From Convolutriloba macropyga (taxonomy: Eukaryota): 64,000 nt of DNA. Below, in pieces: positions 22,950 to 37,600 of the stretch. A program made the position numbers and the translations under genes. The stretch spans positions 44,206,001 through 44,270,000 of the forward strand of contig NC_134472.1 of NCBI RefSeq assembly GCF_964194025.1, in the 5' to 3' direction. The notes beneath the pieces are model-generated. The model saw only the letters and a list, made by a program, of their open reading frames with translations. It searched no databases and was not told where the DNA came from. How positions within the stretch are numbered: position 1 is the stretch's first letter; each line of letters starts with the position of its first letter.

Positions 22950-25900
22950 AGAGAATAAAACAAAAAGAAAACGCATATTAACCGGCTAGGCTTGGAGAAA
23001 TTTATCTCTATATTAAAACACCCGGTTAGGGTTGAACTTCAATTAAAAAACGATGAACCAGTCAGACAGAACAATGACATAGAAGTTTACCATCGTACTT
23101 GTGTGTTATGTGGCGAAGCATCCCAAGAAACTGAACTTCTCAACTGCCTCCTGTGCCAAAAAAACCAGCTCACAAGTCGTGTTGGCCCAAAAGAAGCAAC
23201 CCAGCGAAGTATCTTGTGGTCTTGTGATAAGTGTAGGCTTCCATTAGTAGCAAATATTACATTTGAACTATCAGAATTAAAGGTAGAAGGTTCCAAACTT
23301 CAGAAAGTTGGAGAAATGATGGACGTAATTCACTATCAGGTAAACCAACCGTTTCTTTTACCATCACCTCAGAAACATCCGGCTTTCTTCGTACAGCAAA
23401 ATTTTTCGGAAAAGGGAAAGCTGATAGCAACAGTAGCGTAAAGAGACCGAAACCAAATGTTGGGGAAGGCCGCAATGAAAGTGAATTCAGCGTGCCGAAA
23501 ACGATCAAATGAAGGAATTCAGCGTGCCGAAAACGATCAAATCAAGGAGATTCAAATCAAGGAGATCAAATCAAGGAGTTCAAGGGAAAATTGCACAGAG
23601 GATCTAAAAATTGGGCGCCGGAAAAATTGAGCTGGGTACTTCACATAAGATAGGTCAGCAAAGAAGCATAAAACTTAAGAAGCTATCACCTTCTCCTATC
23701 AGAGACAGCAGCAGATTTTGTTGAGAAACGTGATTTTTGGCTACAAAATGTACACGTGGTAGGTTTTATCTTAAGGAAGAAGCCAGTAACTGGCTTAACT
23801 CACATCCACAGGATGAAGAGCCTTTTCAGTGACTTAATAAATCAACAACAAATTCTCTTCTAAATATCAGATGAATATAAAGTAAAACTGCTAGAATTGG
23901 AGATGAATTTCTGTTGAACGATTTAGGTTAATCTTCATAACTGAGTCATGGTTGTCTACAGAATTTGATCAAATTCATATAGTAATTCAAGTGTGCAAAA
24001 ACCTCATATTTTCACCACTACACTCATCCACGGAATTGGGCCAAAGTTGTGAGGCTTGCAGTCATTTTTAAACGCGAGCTAAATTTAATCGTTATATCGT
24101 GGAGTAGTACTATCGACTTTGAAACCTCTTTCTTCAGCTTGCAGGTGGGAGGACATAAAGTTCGCGTGTTGTATAGACCGCCCTCAGGTAGTTTCGGAGT
24201 TTTCGTTGAATATTATTTAAACGTATGTATCCTGCCTGTATCAATGGAAAGCGATCCGATCCTCTTGGGTGATTTCAACCTCACACAAAGCTCTGCGCTT
24301 GAATATATTTTTTAAAGAAGCAGTACTGAGTCAGCTTATCGAAGAATCGCTCCACCAAGGAGGTAACATTCTCGACATTTTGAACACTGATCAGCGCTCT
24401 GCGATTTCTAAAATGGAAATCAAATATGATTAATACAGTGATCACAAAATAATGAAATTTTATTTACGTGGAATTGAATTGTTTAGACATCAAAAAATGT
24501 GTTTATATAATCATGGAATAGGAATGATGAAAGCTGCTTGTTACTGAAGCATGTATTGTTGCTAGATGAACCAGAAAAAAATGCTAATAAAGGTAGGAAA
24601 TTAAAGAACCAGAGTTTTTCCTTTACTCGTCGAAGAGTTACAAGAAAGCAAAAGAAACCATCGTAACATTGAAAGGAATTGCAGGAAACTGTAAACATAT
24701 AACAACTGAGAGTCAATTCTGAATGCAAAGCGAAAACTAACTGGAGTCAATTCAGAAACGCAAAGCGGTCTTTGATAAAAAGAAAACAGCATTTTTTTGA
24801 AAAGACCATTAATAAAACCTTGATTTGAAAAAATAATTCAGTTGTCTTTGTCAACTACTCATCATCAGATCTGTGGAAAAGCTACTACCGCGCTGGGGTT
24901 CAGACAAAAAATAGCCGATTGTTTTTTGACCACAAGACAAGATTCCAAGTTTCATAGAAAACATAAACATGATCACGTATGTAAATCTATTGTCAACAGG
25001 TGACTTCAACTTAAGCAACCGTTTATTGATGGACTACTTTTAATATTTTAACGTTAATTCTCTATATCAAATCCTTAGGGAGATGTCTAATGCTTTCTGC
25101 TATTAAGACCTACTATCAGAACTCTGCAAGGCATTTAATAAGTCGTGGACTGCTTTCTAACTCTCGTAAACAAAAGAGTCCCAGGTTTGGTCCCAAAATT
25201 TTTCAAAAGACGCATCATCAGGCCCAAATTCCAAAGAAAAAATTTTGCACCTCAGAACCCAAAATACTATTGCCCCATAGCAAACTCATCCTTCCTATCG
25301 AAAATGTTAGAGAAAGTTGTGTGGGAGCAACTGAAACACTATTTTGTAAAGTAAAGTACTTGACCCTTAGCAGTTTGCTTACACAACATTTCAATCAACA
25401 GAAAGGTGCCTTCTGAAAACAGTCCACCATTTTTATATTGAAATTGATTAAGAAAACTCAGTTCTGGATAAAGCCTTAGACCGAAAAGCTGCTTTTGACA
25501 CCTTTTTGATTTTGAAAAGCGGTTCTTTATAACTGAAGCATGTCAGGAGTGGATTATGTCCTATATTGCCAATCAGAAAAAGCATGCACAAGTTAAAAAG
25601 GTTTTTGTCTTCTGATTCAGATTTTCGGTATGGAGTTCCCCAAGGCTCGATTCGCGGCCCTCTAGTTTTCTCAATGTACTTTACACCAATTGGCAACCTC
25701 CTCAGGAAAATAGGTGTGATATCAAATATCAAATGTATTCCGATGACACAGTTTTGTATGCAGACATGCTAAACAGTTAAGAAGAAACTGCATTTGAAGA
25801 TTTAAATGAAAAGTATACAAAGTCTCTGAAGCTTGCGTCGCGTTAAAACTCAATCTAAATCGTGATAATACTGAACTGCTTTTGCTATCTGACAAGAAAA

Positions 25901-26560
25901 AAAAACGATCAACTATTAGGAGTTTGGAGTTCAATGGCATTGAAGTGGAATTGAATAAAAGCAATTCTTGGAGTAGTAGACGATCAGAGTTTAATTTTTT
26001 TCAAGCAAATCAATAAAGAGATCATAAGTTTTTGTTACACCGAGGTAAGAAAATTGTACAGCATTACTTGAATTGCGAAAAATTGCAGTGCAAAATCTTT
26101 TGTCGGGGCTGGATTACTGCAAATCTTTGCTGTGTAGAAAAAAATCAAGCATTTTAACGCTGCAATGAGTTGAAAACGCAGTTTCTTTCAAATTCAATCT
26201 ATGGAAAATCGAATCTTGCAAATATTATAGATATAATATGGAGGTGGTTACCTATTGCCCAAAAAATTGGTTTCAAAAAATTAACCATTGACAATAAAAT
26301 TGTATATGGTATTGATATACAGAAAAATTTCAGAATTATTTATTGTACAAGAGAAAAAAAGTAGTAAGCGACCATTAAAAAAGTGGAATCTAAATGTTCA
26401 GAGCTTCCACAGCTCGTATGAAAATAGAGCTTTTTCGGGTAACGGTCGGGAAAAATTCTATCCCAACTGCGCAATACATCAGAACACAATATCTTTCGTA
26501 AGGAGATTAAGAACGTTTATACCATCTGTCACTGGAAACTACTTTTCAGACGAAAAATGA
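22950..26560 (+). mobile_element. Decayed L2-like LINE with PHD-finger ORF1, APE and RT remnants
   Basis: ORF 22992-23441 has CxxC...CxxC...WxCxxC (PHD-like). APE remnants: ITESWL, LYRPPS, LLGDFN, SDH. RT remnants: SFLSKMLEKVV, YGVPQGS, YSDDTQ, LNRDNTE, LDYC, WLPI. Confidence 0.85.
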
Positions 26561-26609
26561 AACGTATGCTGAAAAAGTCCAGTCGAATAAATTACATTGA
26601 GACAAATCT

Positions 26610-27100
26610 TTGCAAAAGATGATTCTCTCCTGTTGAACTAAAAGGACGGTACAGAAAATTTATTGCTCTGCCAGAGAACAAGAGATTTTAGGATGAAAAT
26701 ATGTTGATCACATTGTGCCCAGGAAGATCTATCTCTAGTCTATGCAGTGATAAGACTTTTGTTATTTCAAAATTATACAATGTTACAAATTTAATCGTGA
26801 TGACCGGCACTAACAATTTCTCTGACCAAAAGTGTTGCCTCTAATGGGACAAAAAGAAACATCTGACAAAATTTGTTTCTTCAATGGAAAGTTGAAATTT
26901 GACAACATCAATGTGAGCATCATGGCCCTCTTAAGATGGCGAGATAAATCAATTATCAAAAAAACATGACTGTTACCGTGGTGTGACACGGGAGCACAGG
27001 ATGTCATTCGCTGAACACAAGAAATTCGGATTCAGTCATATTTTTCCTGATGGATTAAGTTTAGATGGCACTGTTTTCAGAGAAATGGGGTCCGATTTCC
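26610..27100 (+). pseudogene. Degenerate SGNH/GDSL esterase-like fragment, probably transposon-derived
   Basis: Ordered blocks across frameshifts: DDSLL (~26618), LCPGRSI...LIVMTGTNNF (one frame, ~26710-26820) and DGLSL (~27050). Confidence 0.45.
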
Positions 27101-30100
27101 GAAACGCTATCAGACAACACAAAATTATGGTAAAGGTAATGGAGAGCTAGTATTTAAACTTGTGATCTATATTTTCAAGATCAAATTGTGCTTTTAAGCC
27201 CTGGTTAAAGCGAAGAACCATTTGAGAAAAGAACTATTTGTCACCGTTAGAGACAAGAACCATTTGTCTTGTTTTTGATCGGTTAGAGCAGAAAACAATA
27301 AGAAACACCTGTGTACTGAAGATGTAGAAAACCAGAAGTTCTACTACTTCTATTACATCCCTAACTGTTCGATAAATCTTGTCCAGTTTGAAGAAAAAGT
27401 TTCGAAGTTGGGAAATTTTCTCGAAACTTTTGAAATTTTACTTGCTCTAGCCTCTATTTGGTAAGCTTGCCGTGTGCTGAATACGTTTAAAAAAAAGAAC
27501 AACAAGATGTGCAAAAAACGGATGAACTTTCAATCCTTTTTGCCACTCTTGACGGCTGTTGTTCTTTTCTTTAGTTTCAAACCTTGTTCTCTGCGCCTTC
27601 TATAGGGTGCTGCATGTCCTCGACCGGCTGGAAACCAGATACATTATATTCGAGGAAAATGTATGCAATGGTAGCAGCGTGGAAGACGGAAGAGTTATAT
27701 GTAAAAATCAGCTTGAAAGTTACAAATTTTTCTATGCGAATTTCAACAGTGTGAATGTAGTGCATTTCTTAAGATAGGAACTGACACCCCTACCTGAGTG
27801 ATTATACCACGATGAAGGGCTACATCTTTGTGGGAACACAAAAAAGAGCTGTTTTTCTTTTCAGAAAGTTTTTTTACCATGTGAATTTGGTATCTCTTAT
27901 AGTATATTGGTTTAGTTATAGTTTTGATTTGTCAGGCCTCATCATCTCTAACCGCAGAAGCTGCTAATGAAATGGCGGCAAAGGAGAAATTCAGCCAAAC
28001 TTGACCATATTAGAGTCCCTCTAGATAACTCTTTGCTTCAATTAAATGTCAAAATAACTTTTGCTCCTAATTAAGTCTTCCGAGAGTCGGATTAGCTGTT
28101 TATTGTATCTCGGATTGCTAACTTTTCATCGCATTTTTTTGGAGAATTGGAGAAATTCTATATTTTGAAATGATGAATCTGCTTTTGGGCTTTTACGACT
28201 CAGAGATCATTGCTCAGGTAATTGCAAATCACTGATCCAAACCCTGTTATCTACTTCACGTGGTTCTCAAGGGCAGTTTCACGTGAATGCAGTGCATCAT
28301 TCATTGCCATTCTTAATTACTTTTTGAGAAAATTTACGTTTGTCCCCCCCCCCCTCTCACCACCACTAAACTTTGCGCACCCCCAATTACAAAGCGTGCG
28401 CCATTATAAAGTGAACCTTTATGCAAAAACATAGCACGTGCTGTGTGGGGAAGGGGGAGTGAGCACAAACGGAAAAGATCCATTTTTGAATATGTTTATT
28501 TAACTCTATAACCCCAGAGGTTGAATTTTAACAGGTTAAAAAAGATATAAATTTCTAATTCATATTTTGGACTTTGTTGATGAAATCACAAAGGTTGCGA
28601 CAAGAACATCCTTAAAAACTTGTCGGAGTGTGAATTATTTCGAACAAAAAATTCGATGACCAGAAGTCAAACTACTTCTGTACCAACACGTCATTAGGCC
28701 TCATAATAATACATGTGGATTAGACACGCTTGTTTTTGTCTTCATTTTATGCAATTTTCTGTCAGTACTTCTGGGAACTTTTTAATGTAAAAAGAGTTGA
28801 TGTTAATTTGATCCAATCTACTCAAAGTATACATAGAAAATGCATTCAAATTAGGCGATAGGCATAGAATGAAAAACTGACCGTTCTATTATTGATCTAT
28901 TTAGGAAATAAACCCCCTCGGGAGACCCCCGCTCCCCCGAAGGTGTAACGGCTGCTTTACTATCAATGACAAGGAAAGTTTTATTCCGCCGCGTTCGCTA
29001 TTAGCAGTTTACAAGCTGTCGAGATACTGCCGCGCTGTTCGCGTTCGTAACTTTATATCCGCTACACTGTAAACTTTCGTCGCATTAAACGTTGTTTTAT
29101 TAGTCCAAATATCCAATCTTTCAGTTTTGCGGAGTAACAAATTCGATTGCTGGAACTACTTAGTAAGTTCCAATCGACTAATGAAATAATTTTTCTGAGT
29201 TTTGGTTAATAACTCTATAATTCAAGTTGGAGCTATTCAGAACCGGGAATTTTCTATCCCTATAGGTTATTCACTGTTTATTCTTTTAATCGAATCTAAG
29301 GGGTACATTCGGTTTCAGAAATGAACACAATTCACAGAGGAGAACCCGTCTTTTGCCATAAGCGGACTTGAATTATTGGTCAAAACAGGTCCTTCGTTAG
29401 CCACTGGGGCCGAACCCATAGAGACGACGTAGCATCTAGGTTTTTTTGTTTCAAATCTTTGAACTGTAAATCTATCTTTCACGCCTATTACTTTCAACGA
29501 ACTGAATATAAACATTTCGTTTGGTCAAAAAAAGGAATTGTCGTCACCCTAATGTTCAGCTTGGGGAAGTTCTTCCATTTCCTTTTGCCCAGGTTAATTT
29601 TTCAAGGCCAAATCGATTGTAAGATAAATTAGATGTTTCACGTTAGCAAGACACAGTACTTTACTGCTCAAGTAAGATTGCGATTTATCAATTTAGCATT
29701 CAAACTTTAAAGTTTTCCGCTCCTCTGTGGTTGTGGTATCATTTCTATCTATAGCCTGCTATTTTGGTTGTAAATGGCAATTCTCAACCCTTGATTGGGT
29801 GAAACCAACTATGTGGACATAACCCCAAAACTTCACTTTTTCCATGCAGAACTGACTTAAGGGTTGGTGGTTAACCATGTAGATTATCCATGGAATATTC
29901 CAAATTCACATCAGGATTTCGGTAGCATTGACGTAATAATCTAAGTTAAGATAAAGCTTACTCCGTGTTATTATATTTAGAACCGAAATATGTAGACATA
30001 TAGCGACTCAGATTTGCGTTGCATGTTTCTCTGAATGTGTTGTTTTAATAAAATAGATGTTTGGGACAATTATTAATGCTCGGCAATTAATGAGATCATT

Positions 30101-30331
30101 TGATGATAAAATCATCAGTTTAGCAATTGTGTAGATTTGCGTGATTGTGATGGGCTTGATATGAGAGTTTTTCTGCATAATTTTTTTCGATAGAATCGTT
30201 TCCAATTTTTCCGAAAATAGTTTTCAAAAACAATTTATGATTTCAAAATGTGAGTTATTTTGAAGCTTTCTAGACCATATTGAGCGAAAAATCTTGTCTA
30301 GGTAGCGATTAAGCTAACAGTGATATTTCTG

Positions 30332-30967
30332 ATGATTTTGGGTGACAAAATGTGGTATTCCGGCATTATATCTGTTGCTGCGATTTCATTTCGAAGTGTA
30401 CGTTTTTGCGGTCCCAGCAATTCAAATGGAAATGGCACACTTTGCCAGTGTTATTATCTAAAAGGACAAAAAGACTCAGCGGAATGCAATTTGGAACAAG
30501 TAAAGAGCTCCGATGGAAAATCTTCAACAGTTTTTAATGTTACAACATCAGACAAAGTTCCCTATGACTCGATTACCTTCTGGGCAACTGACCCAAATGT
30601 TGTTTTGGATACAGTGAGTCTGCAAATTGTAGAATATGATGGTCAGAACGTATCCACACTTGTCTCGAAATTTATTAACGCGCTTCCAAAAGTGAGTCCT
30701 GACGGAGTAATTAAATTGGTAGTCATGACCGTACCCACAATTTTAGCCGAGGATCTGCAGTTGTCTATTAAGATGTTGAGAGACAAATTCACCACTCAGT
30801 CTTTTTCATTGTATGTTTCTGGTTCAGTAAAGAAAACTGATCCTCTCAAGACCATTGATTTGAGCTTTGTGCAGACACTCCGTTATTTATACGTAGATTC
30901 TAACAGGGAGATACTTAATCCACTTACATACCTTAAAAAACTAGCTTCCGAAAAAAAGCAACAATAA
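30332..30967 (+). CDS. Unknown protein with hydrophobic N-terminus, Cys cluster and LRR-like C-terminus; possibly a truncated or pseudogenised gene
   Basis: An ORF of more than 200 codons in AT-rich DNA. Contains C..CQC..C and LKTIDLSF/LRYLYVDSN; an LRR-like GLTNL follows the stop in another frame. Confidence 0.45.
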   Translation: MILGDKMWYSGIISVAAISFRSVRFCGPSNSNGNGTLCQCYYLKGQKDSAECNLEQVKSSDGKSSTVFNVTTSDKVPYDSITFWATDPNVVLDTVSLQIVEYDGQNVSTLVSKFINALPKVSPDGVIKLVVMTVPTILAEDLQLSIKMLRDKFTTQSFSLYVSGSVKKTDPLKTIDLSFVQTLRYLYVDSNREILNPLTYLKKLASEKKQQ

Positions 30968-31649
30968 TAAAGAATTTTTTAGGGTCTTACCAATCTAGTT
31001 TTTCCAATGAGTGGTTTGAAACACTTCATTTTGATTGTGCAGGACTTTTACCAATGATTTGTTTTTAAGAAATGAAAGTTCTGTCTTGAATAGATTCATG
31101 TGACTGTTGGAATATTTTTTGTATTTTTGCATTAATTGGCTTAGTTGGGATTAACCGGATGTAATAACTGAAAATGGTTGAATCACTTTTTAAGTTGTCG
31201 TACAGATTTTTAAAGCTGTAACACCATTTGTGAAAACTATTATCCTTGTGACCACTGGGCTGTCCTTTTTTACCTGGAAGCAAAGTTTTAAAAGCCCATT
31301 TTAGGAGCTAAAGGCGAAAAAAATAGTTCTGGGCTCCTTCTTTGTAAGGTGTAACAATCTCTTGTATGTGTCACATGGCTTTAAAAAAAATGCGTGCATG
31401 ATGAAAGTTAAGTGTTTGCTATGCACAAGAACAAGCTATTACGCTTGGGATGTCCTCTGCAACAAGTTTGCTAGACCAGATTTAATAGTAAAAGAATATA
31501 CGTTACCTAGCTGTGTTTGAACAGACCTCAATGAATTAAACGAAAAAAAAAATCAAAAGAAACTATTGCCTAATACGCAGTTGTGTCAAGTATTGATCTT
31601 GGTGTGATAAGTCTAAAAAATTAAATATATGAAAGCAGTAAATTATTTC

Positions 31650-34600
31650 GAAGTTTAAAAACATGTCCAAATGAACTCAAGCTCAATATATACACAAAAT
31701 AGCGGAATTTAGTTATTCATACCATCAAACATAAAAGAAGAAATTTTATACAATAACAAAATTTAGCTTAAATTTTCGTACTAAAATTTTTTCACTAAAA
31801 GCCTATCAGAGCTTAGAGGACAACAAGGAGGAGGTAATGAGCGAGGAAACAAGGAGGTCATGTCTACCAAATGATGAACAGATAGAAAACTCCAAAAAAT
31901 CAAGTGTTTTTCAAAAAAAATTAATGTATGAAGAAAAAAACATCCTCCATAGCAAATAACTCAGTGGAGCAAAAAAAAATGATGCATTAGATTGATGAGA
32001 TATGCCAATTTTAAGAAAGTAAGTCAAGATGAACAGCAAAATCAAACAACAACAACAGATATTAATTACATCAAAAATTTTATGTCGGTTTTAAAAAAAA
32101 CTTAATGACGAAGTCAAAATAGCGTCAGATAAAACTGAAAATAAGGAAAAAAATGCACTTCGCCAGAAAAGATATGGGATCAGTCCATAATAAGGCTTGG
32201 TAACAGTTAGACAAAACAAGAAAAACAGTAAACTTTAAAAAATTGCTTTTTTTTAACAATTATTTAAAAAGGAATGAAAACCAGTAGAAATCGACTGAAA
32301 ATATCCCATAGGTTTACGATTACCTATGCTTCTATGAAAAAGGCTTTAAGACCTGTCCTTATTCAATTTTTATGCGGTTACAAAAAGAACAACGAACAGA
32401 CGACAAACAAATTTCATTAAAACTTGCGAGAAAACGCTGTCGAGGCGGTGTAACCATAAATCGCCACTCAAAATATCTTTGATTGCGCGTTCCCTGAAAA
32501 CAGATATTGTGGTATTTGCCTCTCATTAATGAGACTAGGTAACAAGTAGACAAAAGAGAAAAAAAAGGCAAAATTCAGAGACACTTTGTAGTTTCCGCAG
32601 AAAAAATATTTTCAAAGACATGGAAGCCATTAGCTACAAATTTAAATAATTAAATAAGTTCGATTATTCGTCAAGAAGAGGCCCTTGAGATCTGTAATTT
32701 TCCAGAATATGTCTAATGTCTACAAAAAGAACCTCAATTTTGAAAAAAAAACCAAAAATTATTTTTTTTAAACAATTGTTATCAAAGCCATGAAAGCCAT
32801 CAGCTATGTACTAATATCAGAATATTGGCTTACCTACTCTAGAATTGAATGCCAATGAAATTTGGCATTATACAAGACATTTTGTGCGACTAAAGAGGCA
32901 GAGTAAAAACAACAGTTAAAAACAAAATGAAAAAAACTCGATTAATTTTGTCGAGAAAGTGGTGTCGAAGCCCTTTAAACCATAAATTATATCTTGAGAG
33001 ATTTTGATACGATTAATTATGCCCTATTTGAACGCCAATAATGTGATATGCCTAAATGCCCAAAAAACTGAAATCTAGTAGGGTCAAAGCCAGAACACCC
33101 CAACTTAAGGTGTAAAACCGCAATAGAGATTAAACTTTAATTAAGTAGAAAGAAAATGCATTCTTTCTTTGCTGACACTAAGCTACAAAAAGACCAACTT
33201 AACAAAAAAACAGAGGCAAAGTTTATTAAGCCATTATTTCTTCATAAGAAATATCTTAAAAGTCAAACGACCATAAACTTTTAAGTAAAAAACTAGATGC
33301 ACTGATTTGGAGCTGCTTAGGAGGCCATTTGGACCTATCACTACTGAACTTTAATTTGAACTGTTCTGTTCTTTAATTAATAAGTAAAAGATTGATTTTT
33401 TTAAATAAACGACCGACTGATTAAACAGTCCAAGATTAGTCCAAAACTAGCCCTGCTAATGCTGTTCGTCCAATACAAACACTTTTCAAGTGTTAAAAAT
33501 ACAAATGATTTTTAAGTTGAAAAATCAAAAATAAATGCTGCGTTTTTGTTAATTAACGAGTAAATTTAGCAAAAAACGGCAAAATTACTCTCAACAGAAG
33601 TTGAAGGACGAATACCCATTTTTTTGTGTCTACAAAGATTGGGTTAGTGTTGTTTCGTTGTGTACTTCCGGCAAATTTAATCAAAGTGGACTCAGAAGCT
33701 TATTTCGTACTGTTTTTGATGAATAAGGCTGGAGTTTGAACATTTAGCCAAAATTTTTGAAAAAAAGATTTAATAAAAATAGTCAACAATTTTTTTGTCT
33801 TTAAAAGGAAAATCAACAACACTATTATTAAAATTTTAAACAAATTTTAGCAAAATTGAGGCAATTTTAGACACACAAACAACGCAATTAGGGAAAAACT
33901 TTCGGAAATATAAATATCGTTTAATAAATTACCATGGGAATTCAATAATGCCACGCTAGAGGGCCGACATTATCAACGACCAAAAATCGATGTCTTTATT
34001 TAAAAAATCATATCAAAGTCAAACTCGCATCAGATAAAATCTAAACAAAACAAATTGACCTATTCGTCAGTAGGAAAGATATGGGACCTGACATTAATGC
34101 GATTGGGTAACAAGTCGATAAAAAAGAGCAAAAAGGCGTGAATTTTAAGAATACGTTTCTGTTTTTGAAAACAATTAATTTCAAATAATAACTGAAATCA
34201 CTAAAATGCTTTCTTATATCTCTATAGGAAGCAATTGAGACCTGTCATTATCCAGTCGGCGGCTTACGGCTACAACAAGAAAGACAAACAACGGCAAAAT
34301 AGATAAAAAGCCTATCAAAGTTTGCGCAAAAATGGCATTGAAGCCGTTAAAAACGTAAACTTCTCACCAAGAGCTTTCAAAATGTACAATTACTCTCTAT
34401 ATCGAAGCTAATGGGACCTACCATTAGTGTTATAATTCCGTAAGGTATAAGAAATCCTGACTATGGTTCTGGATTTGATAATTCTGATAATAGAATATAT
34501 GAAAACAATAAATTGTTTCGGAGTTTATTAATATGTGCAAACGAACTCAAGCTCAAAAATTAGAATTCAGTTATTCTTACCAACAAACATAAAAGAATTT

Positions 34601-37600
34601 TTACGCTAACAAAATTAGCTAAGTTTTTCGTACTGAAAATTTTTTACTAAAAGCCAATCAGAGCTTAGAAGGTAAAAATAGCCAGGTGCTGAGCCACTGC
34701 TTCAAGCAAATTGGGGAAACAAGATAAGTAGTGAAAAGTAAAGCGCCTGATTTATTTTTTTAGAAATTAACAGTTTTGATTTTCATCTATATAACTCTCT
34801 ATCGAATGAAAAGTAGTCAGTAAATATGGCGGTCAAGGAGAAAACTTTTCATTGTATGATTGCTTTGCATTTCATGTATCTAAATTGTTAATTGAGCTAA
34901 CAAGGAGGCCCACTAATGAGCATACGCACAGAATTTCCGACCGCGTCCATCCTCATTCTTGACTTAGTTCGCTACCAAACGATGAAGTGTTAGGAAACTT
35001 TCGAAAACATAGATATTGTCCAATAGAACACCAATGAAATACATTAACGCCACGCTGGAGGGCCGACATTATCTTCGACCAAAATTTGATGTCTGCTTTA
35101 AATAAATCACAAAGAAATCAAACTTGCATAACATAAATTTAAAACAAAACATATGAGCCTATACTTCATTAGAAAAGATATAAGACCTGATCTTAATGCC
35201 GTTGGGTAACAAACCGACAAAAAAGAGCAAACAGCTGTGACTTTCAAAAAAGAAATTCTTTTTTTTTCAAAACAATTAATTTCAAATAATAACTGAAACC
35301 ACTAAAAGGTTCAATTAAATCTCCATAGGAAGCAATTCAGACCCGTCATTACCCAGGCTGCGTCTTACGACAACAACAATAAAGACAAATACCGGCAAAT
35401 TAAATAGAGTTCCATCAAACTTTGCGCGAAAATGGCAGAGAACCGTTAAAAACGTGAACTTGTCACCAAGAGCGCTAAAAATGTTCATTTACGCTGTATA
35501 TCAAAGCAAATGAGACATACCATTATTGTTATAATTCCATAATGTGCGGAGAAATCTTGAGTACGGTTCTTGATATGATAATTCTAAAAAATTAAAAATA
35601 TAACAATAAAATGTGCAAACAGTATCAGGCTCAATATATACATAAAACTGCGGAATTTTGTTATTCATATCATCAAACATAAGAGAAGAACTTTTACACT
35701 AACAAAACTGGCAAAGGTTTAAGTACTGAAAATTTTAATCTAAAAGCCTGTCGAAGCCTACGGGACAGAAACAGTCAAGTTCTGGGCCGCTGCTTAAAAT
35801 AAATACATATACATCATAAATGCTCAGCAATAATGCGCCTGAAGGACATTTTTACGTATATAGATTTTGATTTGTGTCAATATATCTCGCGAATACAATA
35901 ATACCACGCTAGAGGGCCGATTAAACTGGTTGAAATAGGACTAATAGAACAGAAAATAATAAAAATAAAATAACAAACATTAACTACGACCAATACTTGA
36001 TGTCTGTATTAAAATAAACCGCAACAAAATCAAATTTGCATCGGATAAAACCAAAAAAAATTACCTATACTTCATCAAAAGGGTCTGGGACCTGATCCTA
36101 ATCCGATTGGGTAACAGGTCGATAAAAAGAGCAAAAAAGTGCGAAGTTCAAAAATACGTTCCTATTTTTTGAAAACAATCAATATCAAATTGATTAATAT
36201 CATCAAATAATAACTAAAATCACAAAAATGTTGGTTTATCTCTCCATAGGAAGCAATTGAGACCTGTCTTTGTTCGGTCTGCGTCTTTCGACTACAACAA
36301 GAAGGACAATTACCGGCAAAATAAATAAAGTTCCATCAAACTTTGCACAAAAATGAGTACGGTTCTTGAGTACGGTTCTTGATATGATAATTCTAAAAAA
36401 TTAAAAATATAACAATAAAATGTGCAAACAGTATCAGGCTCAATATATACATAAAACTGCGGAATTTTGTTATTCATATCATCAAACATAAGAGAAGAAC
36501 TTTTACACTAACAAAACTGGCAAAGGTTTAAGTACTGAAAATTTTAATCTAAAAGCCTGTCGAAGCCTACGGGACAGAAACAGTCAAGTTCTGGGCCGCT
36601 GCTTAAAATAAATACATATACATCATAAATGCTCAGCAATAATGCGCCTGAAGGACATTTTTACGTATATAGATTTTGATTTGTGTCAATATATCTCGCG
36701 AATACAATAATACCACGCTAGAGGGCCGATTAAACTGGTTGAAATAGGACTAATAGAACAGAAAATAATAAAAATAAAATAACAAACATTAACTACGACC
36801 AATACTTGATGTCTGTATTAAAATAAACCGCAACAAAATCAAATTTGCATCGGATAAAACCAAAAAAAATTACCTATACTTCATCAAAAGGGTCTGGGAC
36901 CTGATCCTAATCCGATTGGGTAACAGGTCGATAAAAAGAGCAAAAAAGTGCGAAGTTCAAAAATACGTTCCTATTTTTTGAAAACAATCAATATCAAATT
37001 GATTAATATCATCAAATAATAACTAAAATCACAAAAATGTTGGTTTATCTCTCCATAGGAAGCAATTGAGACCTGTCTTTATTCGGTCTGCGTCTTTCGA
37101 CTACAACAAGAAGGACAATTACCGGCAAAATAAATAAAGTTCCATCAAACTTTGCACAAAAATGAGTACGGTTCTTGAGTACGGTTCTTGATATGATAAT
37201 TCTAAAAAATTAAAAATATAACAATAAAATGTGCAAACAGTATCAGGCTCAATATATACATAAAACTGCGGAATTTTGTTATTCATATCATCAAACATAA
37301 GAGAAGAACTTTTACACTAACAAAACTGGCAAAGGTTTAAGTACTGAAAATTTTAATCTAAAAGCCTGTCGAAGCCTACGGGACAGAAACAGTCAAGTTC
37401 TGGGCCGCTGCTTAAAATAAATACATATACATCATAAATGCTCAACAATAATGCGCCTGAAGGACATTTTTACGTATATAGATTTTGATTTGTGTCAATA
37501 TATCTCGCGAATACAATAATACCACGCTAGAGGGCCGATTAAACTGGTTGAAATAGGACTACTAGAACAGAAAATAATAAAAATAAAATAACAAACATTA

